From Lingula anatina (lineage: Eukaryota > Animalia > Brachiopoda): 64,000 nucleotides of DNA. Positions 53,093 to 64,000 of this stretch are shown here, piece after piece (within the stretch, counting starts at the first letter, position 1; every line of letters starts with the position of its first letter). The DNA lies in contig CM120641.1 in assembly GCA_051362555.1 (NCBI GenBank), positions 10,354,001 to 10,418,000 of the forward strand, written 5' to 3'. A program made the position numbers and the translations under genes. The notes beneath the pieces are model-generated. The model was given only the letters and a program-made list of their open reading frames with translations, made no database searches and had not been told where the DNA came from.

Positions 53093-56000
53093 ATTATTGA
53101 CGACAGGAGTCAGAGATGTTTCTTAAGGAAGCATCCAAATATTTTGGACGTTATATATATTTTATTCCTTGATTTTATGTTACAAAGTGGCGCATGAGAC
53201 CTAAATCTTCGTATATTAATTGTTTTCTAAATGAAAGGGGGAGGGGGCTAAGCAAAAAGCATTGTATAACACCTGTTGCATAAGTCTGAGATCATAGCCT
53301 ACCACTTCCGGTACATGTTCCACTCACAATCAATAGTTCACGTCTTCCAATAGGTTTCGCTTTCAGTTAGTGATTGTTTTTATTCTTAGAAAAGAAAGAT
53401 ATATCATTTTAACATATTGCAAATGGCAGAGTACACAATGGACCTACAAAAGACATGCAAAGGTCAGAAAGCCGGTGGAAGATCATTAGTGAAAGTCTTA
53501 GTCTACATGCTGCTGACACATGGTCGTCTATGTGAAAAACGTCTACGTATTGCACTCTAATAAGGGTCAATGAAGGGCGAAAACGTTTACAATGCAAATC
53601 CAGTACATAAAGAAATCTATTTATCCTTTCTAACAGGTTAATTCTAGTTCAAGGACTGATAATCTTAAAAACAAGATAAAACTGGTAGTGGTAATGCCTT
53701 TTAGAATAAAAAAGATCGGTCTTTGGGTAGAAATTCTAACTTTTAAGGTGTATTCTTATTCCCGCATTCTCTATTGCGGTTCTTACGCAACATGGGATAT
53801 AACGAAAATGCTTTGAGGATGGTTGACGTCTGTGTTCCATATTAAACATCTACAATTACATTACAGTAGCATATTTTAGCTTATAAAATATCCCAACGCA
53901 TATAAAACATATAGGCCTACGCGTTTCAAAATGAGCTTATCTTAAGTTTACAACTTCCTTCTCTTAAAAATATATATAATTGGCTTCCGCCATCTTCTAT
54001 ATTTGATTACAATTCTCAGTTTCGCAATCCCTGCATAGAATAAAACCATAGACACACGTTGCCAACGGTATTAATTGTTTGCTGTATATAAGCCTGACGT
54101 TATTTCGATTGCAATATACACTAATTGCGCGGATACCAACAGTAACAAGGGTTTCATTCCGGCTTGTCTATGTAGCAATTCCCTCCACTGCTGCCTTTCA
54201 CCGGCACGACACTGGGGACCTGTCAACACGATTGCCAACACTTGTTCTCTGACCATCGGTTCCCTCTTATGCGGCACTTAAAATTGATTAAGTTACTTCC
54301 CACAGGAATTCTCTATCATAGACTTTTCTGTGAGCACTACGGAAGTTCAAACATGGGCCTGAAACCGTCACCAGGCAATGATGGTAATAAGGCAGATTTA
54401 TGGTCGGAAGATACTCACGCTACACTTATGATTTGGTTGATTTCTACAATGATATTTTTTTGCAATGCGACCCAGAAATAAGTTCATTTTGAATTCTCTG
54501 ACATCCTACCAGTAATATACACTTTGCATGAAAAGAGTTCAGCGTGGAAACAAGCAAACAAACAAACAAACAAACAAACAAACAAATAAATAAGTATTAA
54601 AATAAGACACCCAAGCTCGAATTATGCCCTTGTGTTTCATTTAAGCAATAACAAGCTTTGTATGTGTCTCGTCAAAGAGACAATTGTTTACATTTCTGTT
54701 GCCCCGAAGGAAACTCATTTTCGCCTTCTCCAGTTACGTGTAATATGGAATGTCAATCTTATTTTATTTTGTCAAGAATGACATTAGATAACGGGTAAAC
54801 TCGGGTAATCTCAACGTGCTTCCAAACACCAAGATTCAGCACATTGAAGTGAATAATCAACACTCTTACGCGGCCCAGCGTTGGCCTCATTTATTTCAAG
54901 AAAATACTGTTGGATACCTACCGCGATTAAGTAGAGGAAATACCACCTAGCTTCTTAAAAGGTGACACGATTTTCCCATTATGTTACAAATCAAAGAAAA
55001 TTTCTGAATAAGACAAGACCTGTGACTTTTTCTTAAATTTTCCTGTAATTGAAGTGGTATTCATGAGTAGAATCATTGTCCTTTTAGCGGAATGTAAGTT
55101 GAGATGCACTTATTAGTGGTCTATTTTAAGTGCTAGATAAAAGGGTTTGGAACCTGTTTATTGATGAAGTACATTGACATTCTATTGTTTTCAAATATCA
55201 ATTCTATTGTATCAAAAATCTACCAATTTTAAGGGTAACTTGTATTTTTTAATTTAGTCACGCATAGCGAACATAAATCACTAGTTCCAGTGAGGTATAA
55301 TTATGGCATGCAGTACGGGTTGACAGGGCACATTAGGACATCAACGTCGTTTAAAAAACTGGATTTTACATTTGAAATCTTCGAATAGTATAAATGATTT
55401 TATTAATTTTCGAAGATAAAGACATTTACATAACATTTTAAAACGTTGTGACTATCACATTTTTTCGATTTAGCATGGATTATTTAGTGTGTTCTCTGAG
55501 TATCACGTTCTCTTCGTTTGCTCTCATTGTTTATAATCGGTTGCTATGAAACATTACCCGCAAACAGTCGCCTTGTAAATCTCACTACGCACAAAGAAGA
55601 TACAATTACTCATTTAATAATAAAAAACTTATCGTATATCATTCCCATGCGTATATTTTCCTTTTTTTCAGCATTACTCTATGCAACCATTTTTGGAAAT
55701 GTCACCACCATCTTTCAACAAATCACTTCATCTACAGCGCGCTATCACGAGATGCTGAATAGCGTTCGAGAATTTATGAAACTCCATGATGTTCCTAAGG
55801 CTCTCGGAGAACGCGTAATGGATTACGTCGTATCCACCTGGGCTGTAACAAAGGGCATTGATACAGCAAAGGTAATTAAGGGCTGACATCATATAAGAAC
55901 ATTTGGTAAAAATAACATTAACATTTCCTTCTTTAGCAAATGCTTTACATTGTGATGAGTGCAAGTTATACTTTGTTTCAAACGCTAATGAGGGGCGGAG

Positions 56001-59000
56001 GGGGGGGGGGGCAATAATTACCTTACATAGATGCAAGGTTAACTTTAATGTTTCGAACCTTATAACTATCAAAATAGTCGGTATTAACAGTTCATGAATA
56101 AAGAGAAAGCAGAAAATGGACAGCGAACGACACTTTCGATGTTGTAATTCGATGATCTGTTTTTGTATTCATGTCCTATTTCAAAAAGCAAAAGGAGGTT
56201 CGCTTCACTTTTGCAATGTAAAATGGCAGACCTATTGAAACTGGCGGATTTACAGTTCAGTTCACAAAACTCCTGCTATTTCAAAAGATATGATATTTCC
56301 TTCAGGCAACTTCCTATTGTTAATTCAATGAATATTCAATGGATTTCTTTGAATTTTTGCTTATTGATAGCATACCTTTGCGTCAGGTTATTCAACCACA
56401 ATTCAGAGTCAATAACAGTTGATATTTGATGCAACCTTTACGGATATTTTTTAAGTGAGAATATTTTCTTGTAACGGATTTCTTCTGTATGAGATATTAG
56501 TAAGTATCATGCTGCTTCCCAAAGGATATGAGACCCAACGTATCCTGTAACTTTAGCACAAAATAATTCATTTAAAATTCGAAATCATTCAAATGTTCAT
56601 TGTTTCGTCGATTGTCTTTCTTTCTAGACTGGAAACTCTTGCCAAAGGGATGCAAACTTTAACTTTTACCTCTCATCATATTAATAGAAGTTAAAATAAA
56701 GGGTATTTTCAGACCGATTTCACCTAAATGGTTTCTAACAAAAACGGCAGGTTTATAATTGACGTGCTTTAAAAAATTTCCATCGCAAGGCATTTATTTT
56801 CAGTTTTCTTTTTACTATTTTCATATGTCAAAATAGCTAATAAATCGTTTGAAAGCCTACAGTCGTGTTAGCTTTACAGTTATATACATATAAAAATCGA
56901 CGTAGGCTTTATATTCTTCTTTAATTGTATCTCCTCCATTTATTTATATTAGGTTTTAAACTACTGTCCGAAGGACATGAAAGCTGATATCTGCGTCCAT
57001 CTCAACAGAAATGTCTTCAACGAGCATTCCGCTTTCCGTCTGGCAAGTGACGGCTGTCTACGTGCATTGGCCGTACATTTTAGTATGCAGCACAGCGCCC
57101 CGGGGGATACAATCTACCACCAGGGGGAGTCTTTGGACCAACTCTGCTTTATTGTCAGTGGTTCCTTAGAGGTTATTCAGGACGATGAAGTGGTTGCTAT
57201 TTTGAGTATGTATTTTTTGACAATACATTTTTCTTTTAATGCTGACACTGAGGGTTGACCTTGGATGTTTCAAAACGGTTTACAAGGTTTTTGATAAATT
57301 GATCAGATTAGCTAGACAGTGATTTATAATTTTAATACAATTTATGTTTTATTCAGTCTATTACTATTGTTTATTTGTACATATACCTTTCCCATCGGTT
57401 TCTCAGCCAGTGCATAACGTAAGTGCGATGTATTGCGTGTATATTTTATTTCTTTGGACTTTCATCACAGTCATTCCATTCCATTTATCTTAAAAGAAAC
57501 GGTGATACAAGTCTGCTTGCTTTCCGAATGCCGTTACACGATAAAAAGTCATTCACTCATAGGGTTCTGGTGCTTTATTTCAAGACCGAAACACAATTGG
57601 CTTCTGTATAGGTTCCAGAAAAGCGGGCTCGCTAACCCCCTATTCCGTTATGTAAACCTACCTCCATCCACAGTTATATATTAAATTATTCTCAGAGACG
57701 ATCTCTGATTTATAGCTTAAATTATGAAGGTACAACATAGGCTGCCAAAGTCATATTTAAAGCATTGATTTCTGAGTCTAGTCAATATTTTGTTGAGAAT
57801 TAAATATGGTTGGTTGGAGCAGGTGTTGTGATTGCGTGTTATTTCGATGCAAACAGCGAGCACCGCATGGTGTATTTCCTTGGCTGTATTCCATTAAGCA
57901 ACCTCAGTGCAATGACACGACATTTTGTCATAGCATCTTGGCTGAATTTCAAACAAAAGGGTAGTAGACAAGAAATGCCTTAATGTGGTTTGTCCTTGAA
58001 GACGTATACATACTATACACTATATCTATACATGATCGGAAGGATAGGTGTGTGATTACTGACTACTGGTTCGAACTATATAATAAATTGCATAGAGGGA
58101 AACATACAATTTGTACATGTGCTGCCCTAAGCGTTCTTTCTTGGGCAGCAGACCTTGCCTCAAAATAAAAACTATTAAAAAAATTCAGGGCACAAAAATG
58201 TTCTCTTAAAGGAATGATACTAATGTACCTTTTCGTACATATCGACTGTTCCTTGTTTTTAGGTAAAGGTGATGTTTTTGGAGATTTCTTTTGGAGAGAA
58301 CATACAGTTGGGCAGTCTGCTGCTAACGTTAGAAGCCTGACGTATTGTGACATTCATATCATAAAGAGAGAGCCATTGTTGGAGGTTCTCGACTTCTACC
58401 AAAACTTTGCCTCTTCGTTTGCAAGAAACCTGACGCTGACGTACAACCTGAGACACAGAGTAAGTATGATTATATATAACGGAAATCTTTCATTCGCCAA
58501 TTCTAAAATGATTAATTTTTTTTTTCTTAATGCATCTAATAACATATAAGCTGAACAATCATTGCACTAAAACGAAAATATGGATAGTTACTGATAGTGA
58601 GGTCTCAGAGTATGGTCATGTTAAGGACTCGGTGATTGAAATAAGTTTGGTGTTAAGATGCAGGCAGATGCAGGCGTGTGTGTGTGTGTGTGTATGTGTG
58701 TGTGCATGTTCCTTCTTGATATAGCGATAGTGGCTCTTCCATTGCTAAATAATTCACGTGCGCCGTTTGTTATTTCAGCTTATATTTCGCAAAGTAGTCG
58801 ACGTCAAACGAGAAAAAGAACTAGAACAAATGAGAAAAAACGACCCCTCCTTTGACATATCGTCCAATCATCCAGTTCGAAAATTAATCTCGAAGTTCCG
58901 AAAAATCGGGGACAAACACCCCCATGGCGACGGAGAACAAGGGAATAACAGCCCCAGAGGGCAGTCTAGTCGGCCTGGGAGCGAAGCAAAAATGATCACG

Positions 59001-59990
59001 GTCACAGAAAGCCCAGTCCCTCCTGTGCCTAAGGTATCAAAATGGCAACGAATGTTGAACGGTGACGCAGGTAAAACGTCCACTCCACCTGTCCATGACG
59101 ACCCCCCTCCGCCACCCCCACCTAAACCTTCAATCCCGAAAAAGGCACCGCGATTTGCCATGTTTAATTCCAATAAACATCACGAGGGTGGAGACGAGGG
59201 AAAATCGCTAGTGAGTCTTAAAAAATCGGATTCAAGAGATAGTGGGATCCTACAAAGCACAAGTGACCAAAAACTGAATAAGTTTGAAAACGATGAGTCC
59301 ACCCCCCACAGCTCTGGGAGAAGCAGTCGGGAGGGCCACGGGCCGCCGTTACACGGCTTATCTCCGTCTGAACAGCAGCTTATTGGATCACTTTATGACA
59401 TAAAATTAGAGATCAAAGACGAAATATCGGCTTTAAATAGACGGATGACTAGGATCGATGAACAAATAGGAGATATTTTAAGAATGTTTTCGAGGGACGT
59501 GACCCCTTCATCAAACAGGACGAGTGTATTAAGTTCGTGTGGCAGTTCGAATAAAATAAGCGAAGAACCGTTATCCGAGGTGGAGTCTCCAAATCACGCG
59601 CTGGTTTCTTCAAAATCATCATCAGACTACACGCCACCTACAGCCAACACGTCGTCAGAACAGCCAATGCCATCCACTGCCTTGGGGCCGCCCAAGGGAG
59701 TTAAACCTAAAACACAAGGTCAAAAAGGACCTGTCCCGTTAAGGAAACCTGCCACGGGGGCCATAAAGTCCTCCCGAAATTACACGAATGCAGGTTATAG
59801 TAGTTCGTCAGGTGACCAGGAGAACCATTCAGCTGTTAGTGATTCTAGTGAGCCGGGCCATGCAGACGGCGGTAGACACGCCCACAAACAGCGAAAGACA
59901 TCTGGGAAGAAGAACGAAGTTCACCCACAGGTCTTCCCAGACGACGAAGATCAGAAACCGATAAAAGATCGAGATTTAGACATTCTTTGA
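36343..59990 (+). CDS. eag: Ether-a-go-go voltage-gated K+ channel (Kv10, KCNH1/5 orthologue), ~1082 aa; exons 36343-36421, 47272-47502, 47858-47986, 48576-48715, 51923-52318, 52545-52956, 55672-55871, 56953-57205, 58263-58459, 58779-59990
   Basis: PAS-cap [24 protein letters not shown]; [29 protein letters not shown]; [14 protein letters not shown]; S4 [19 protein letters not shown]; pore TSVGFGNVA; C-linker and CNBHD with the YNL intrinsic ligand; calmodulin-type [12 protein letters not shown]; [10 protein letters not shown]; C-terminal coiled coil. All ten exons are GT-AG and phase-consistent, 3249 nt in total. Confidence 0.96.
46408..47243. mobile_element. IS3EU-like MITE with ~200-bp TIRs and a 6-bp TSD in eag intron 1
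   Basis: Termini TACGGAGCTTTGTTAGTATC / GATACTAACAAAGCTCCGTA; TSD GTCAAG at 46402-46407 and 47244-47249. Each arm holds tandem ~21-bp palindromic units ttttcaccgcggtgaaaataa. TAYGG ends with a 6-bp TSD fit IS3EU as I recall it. Confidence 0.85.
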
Positions 59991-61594
59991 CCATGATAGA
60001 ATCAGTAGTGTTGGGCATGATCTGATGGGTTTTTTTTTTCGTAGAAGGGGTCGATATTTAAAGACTTGGCAAGGGATGCCCGTTTTGTTTTGAATTCGCT
60101 AGTCATTGGTCAAAAGGCCGTATGAATGGTGCAAGCAAGATAAACTGTGATTTGGACTTCTAACGAGGGGTGGGGAAAGAACGCTATCTTTTCTGTACGT
60201 ATGCAAACGATTCTGTGATATATGACTCGGACGGAGGAAAAAAATCACAGCACATTCAAGAAAATGAGGTATGCATACGGTGGACAGATGCTTGGCCCAC
60301 CTCGATTATTTCATTCACTACATATGAGACTATGTGTATATGGATACACAGGAACAGCTGCGTATGTCCCTGTGTGAACGCAGACTGAAGATGGCGTTAT
60401 ATAGCAAAATTCTACCATTTTTTGAAAGAGCCCATTGTTTTGTCGATTTTCTGTCTCTATTTTAATCTAACATTATACAAACATCATTTTAACATTTAAA
60501 CATTCTTGTGTCTTGTCTTTGAAGCTCACGTTATTTACATCTATATAGGTTTATTAAATTAGCATCGGAGGTTGCATATTTTATTCCTAGAAATTCTTTT
60601 AGTTTGATATTTTATCGTCGCCTGCGAAATTTACCCTTTTGGCCGAAGGCGAATCTATGTGATAAATGTTTCAAATTGGATCTGAAGGTAAGTGGTGACG
60701 TTCGTTTTTTTTTTTTTTTTCAATGAAAATTAGCATTGTAATAAGTGCGCATTTTATTCCTTTTTTTTTTGATCACTAACACACAAATTTTTTTATTGAA
60801 TCCGTTTAATTCATTTTCGTGATGATGCATTTCATTACTATTTTATTAGAAAATCATTATTCTCAGTCTGATCTTTGAATTTTTTCATTGTGTTTATCTT
60901 CGATTTCATGTGAAGTGTCAAACATCGATTTCTAGTAACACCTACCCATAGAGCAAACACATTTATCTTTTTGTGGGTTTAGAGGACGCTGTTTTGTAAT
61001 TACCATGCAACGGCCTACTCTCGGCATGCAAAGTGCTGAATTGTTATTATTCTAGGAAGTAGCTATATTTTTGCTTACAACAAGCAACATAGTTCTTAAA
61101 GGTACTATTGCCTGTTATCTTCAATTCTGCGATGTAACAAAGATTGATATACAGTTCAATACTCAGAGCTTACGTTTATTGAAAGTTGATCGTTTCTAGA
61201 GTTTAAAAGAGTATAGCTTCAAAGAGTACCTATAAAATGTTCTTACATTTCTTTTATATACACACGTTTAGTGTTTTGAAATATAATTTTTGTTTACAAT
61301 AAACAACTGTATTCTTATGCAAATAAAACTGTAATATAAGTATTTCCACGTGCTTTAAGTCTTTCAAATTTCATCTTTTGTTATCAGACAATTTTGTAAG
61401 TAGGCTACGCCTTGGCAGAATGGGTGGATTTTACTTCAAAAGATAGAACACCGTTAGACTACCCGTATTACCTCGCAGAAAATCACGTCTGATTATGAAC
61501 ATGTTATCATTGTGTAGCACATGATTGATTCGATTTATTCTTTGTGCTTGAGTAAAAGACCTATCTCTATGTTTTTCTTGCATAGTTGTTTGGG

Positions 61595-61696
61595 GGTGGC
61601 CGGCTCATGTCTTAGTTAAACTATTAAACTTAGTTAAACTCTTATTAAACTTAGTTAAACTCTTATCCAAATTACACGATCCAGAACTGGCCCCCT
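61595..61696. repeat. Small MITE-like remnant with a ~21-bp tandem repeat
   Basis: cttagttaaact occurs three times between ggccggctc and gaactggcc. Confidence 0.5.
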
Positions 61697-62271
61697 GGGG
61701 ACGTGAGTTTTGACAGCGCCCCTGGTTAAAAGCTTTGAGATTGCTTTTGGGACGTTAGAGTTTAGATTGAAGTATAAAAGTTCCTTTGATGCGTTATCAC
61801 GTGTTTGCGAAGAGATGAAAATGGTGATAGAACGTGTCCGTCTTATAATTCTGATTCGAATTATATTAGATAACTATTTATTGCCGTATTCAATATTATC
61901 GGCTGTTGTTTCAGTTCAGTATGATGTGAGAGAGGTGTCTCGCCTCTGTATGTGTTTGACCTGAAGGGCCGATTGTCCGAGATCCGCACAGTGTGGCGGG
62001 GGAAACGAAAGGGGGGTTGGACTGGTTGCAGGTTTGCAAAGTATAGATAACCTCTATACACGACTTGCCTTTAAACGCCCTTAAAGGACGAGTTGTGTAA
62101 TTGATTGTCACCACGTGACCTGAATAAAGAAAGATTAAGATAAATTAAAATTGAGACTCTAAATGTAAAAGGCCTTAAAGGCGTTATACGAACGTCTCCC
62201 TTGCCAGAAGTCTTAGTTGTGAGATATCGTTGTGACCAATACAAGACCAGTACAGGTGGTTGACTGGGAGG

Positions 62272-63278
62272 CCACAGCCTGCATTGTGGTAGTTGCGACG
62301 GTTGTGCTCCACAAACTAATAGATGATCTTATCAGTTTTTAAATCAATTATTTAACTGCTTTAAACATATTTTTATTTGGAATTGGTGCCTTTAAATAAC
62401 AAGGCTTAACGCCATTTCACCAATAAATCACATTTTATAGCCTTGCGGGTATGTTAATCATGAAAACTAGCAAAAACCCAGATATGAACTGAAATGGCAC
62501 TTATTTGCATGATTGTGTTTGCCGGCTTTCCGACTTGGCTATATTTGATCCAAATTTTCATCAACTATGCACCCGATCAAGCAATAAACGGTTTATATTA
62601 AGAAACAAATAATCAAAACTCATACAGAATCAATACTGATGGATTTATCTTGTGATATGCACTCTAAGTAATAAAAAACTGCACAGAAATCAAATTACAA
62701 TTTATAAAATACTACCACAAATACCAAATTGAAAACTGGGAGGAGCGAAGCACATTGCATATGTTGTAAAAGATCTTTGGCTAGAAAGGCGTAACATGCG
62801 TCACTTTAAATAGCATGTCTTTCGGTACTTATAATAGTTTTTATAAATAGGAATTCGCCTTCTTAGCATATATTTTGTTATTAAAAAAATATCAGATAAG
62901 ATATATGCAATGGTCTTGCTTTATTATAACCCCTGACGATATTCTACTGAACAAAAGCTGTAAATTGTCTTACTGGATGCGTAGTTAATGAAAATTTTGA
63001 TCAAATATATCCAAGTCAGACAGGCGGCAAACACAATCATGCAAATAAGAGCCATCTCAGCTCATATCTGTAGTTTTGCTAGTTTGCGTAATTAAAATAT
63101 CTGTAAGACTATAAAATGTGATTCATTTGTGAAATTGTGTTAAGCTTTGACAATTAAAGGTGTCAATTTTAAGTAAAAAGATGTTAAGATCAACGAAATA
63201 ATTTATTGAAAAACTGATATGATCTCCACCAGGTTATGAGGATCACAACCGTCGCAACTAGCACAATGCAGGCTGTGG
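62272..63278. mobile_element. ~1-kb foldback element with ~300-bp diverged TIRs and CACAG termini
   Basis: ccacagcctgcattgtg(g/c)tagttgcgacggttgtg is inverted at both ends. Arms continue inward, e.g. cttatttgcatgattgtgtttgccg / cggcaaacacaatcatgcaaataag. No TSD is visible. Confidence 0.85.
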
Positions 63279-63311
63279 TGTAAATGCACAGGCATCATGA
63301 TCTGATAGACT

Positions 63312-63346
<35 letters not shown>
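63312..63346. repeat. 35-nt poly-G tract
   Basis: Uninterrupted G run; its length may be affected by assembly error. Confidence 0.9.
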
Positions 63347-63347
<1 letters not shown>

Positions 63348-64000
63348 GCACGAATGCAGAGAATGATGGACCAGTCCTTATTTATTGAATATTTGCGTCA
63401 TTAAATATTGCACTGTTACTTAATAGCAGAGATGCCAATTATATGTCATAGACCAACGTGTCAGACAAAACGCCCGTCATCCTGTCTCTAAATACAAAAT
63501 GCAAGATTTCCAGAAAAGACGTTTCATGCTTGGGAAAAAAAAAAGGCTCCTTCAGAAATATTTTCGTTATCTACTGCTGCAAATAAACTACAGTGACCCA
63601 TATTGTTTAATATGCAAGATCAGCATGGTTACATTGAAAAGTATGCTAACCGATCTATTGAGGCTATTTTAAATTGTAGAGAGCGCAACACAGCTTTTCT
63701 GTATTCTACTCAACACAAGGAGGCGAGTTAATCTGTCAATCTGATTTCATTCAGAGAGAGTTCCCGCAGAGTTTAATCTACCTTAGAAGAATAGTTTCAT
63801 TGGGAATGGAGCCCTTAGTCTGAACTAAATGTACATACCAAGTATGGAGGCCCCTACTAATACATATATTGGTTTTGTTTTGATGTTTTTACTGTATCTT
63901 ACTGTGAAGAGCAAACATTAAGTTGTGATTAATGTGTAAGGGTCCAGTTAATAAATAACTAAGGGTGAAAAAAGTCAAATTAATGCCCTTTTCTCAACTG

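Noticed and set aside
61960-62200. Possible SINE remnant
   Set aside because: Only a vague resemblance, and no second copy in the window.

Overview
This is AT-rich, intron-rich animal genomic DNA, not prokaryotic; repeat types suggest a marine invertebrate, probably a mollusc (inference). Most short ORFs in the track are spurious. Four spliced genes were rebuilt by hand with phase-consistent GT-AG junctions: (1) the 3' part of NDUFAB1, mitochondrial acyl carrier protein (+); (2) a 3-exon, 172-aa stand-alone short-chain L-asparaginase resembling the bacterial Rhodospirillum rubrum RrA type (-); (3) TMX1 (+, 8 exons, 265 aa), head-to-head with the asparaginase across a ~275-bp gap; (4) a complete ether-a-go-go (eag/Kv10) potassium channel (+, 10 coding exons, ~1082 aa). 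Non-coding DNA holds many non-autonomous elements: nested Helentron-type HINEs, a Harbinger derivative with a Myb/SANT fragment, a TA-flanked element carrying a higher-order satellite, an IS3EU-like MITE, foldback elements and a decayed Tc1 transposase. The best candidates for new biology are the intron-containing bacterial-type short-chain asparaginase and a MITE that places a perfect TACTAAC branch point next to eag exon 2. No CRISPR array, rRNA or intact tRNA was seen. All comparisons to known proteins are from memory; no search was run.
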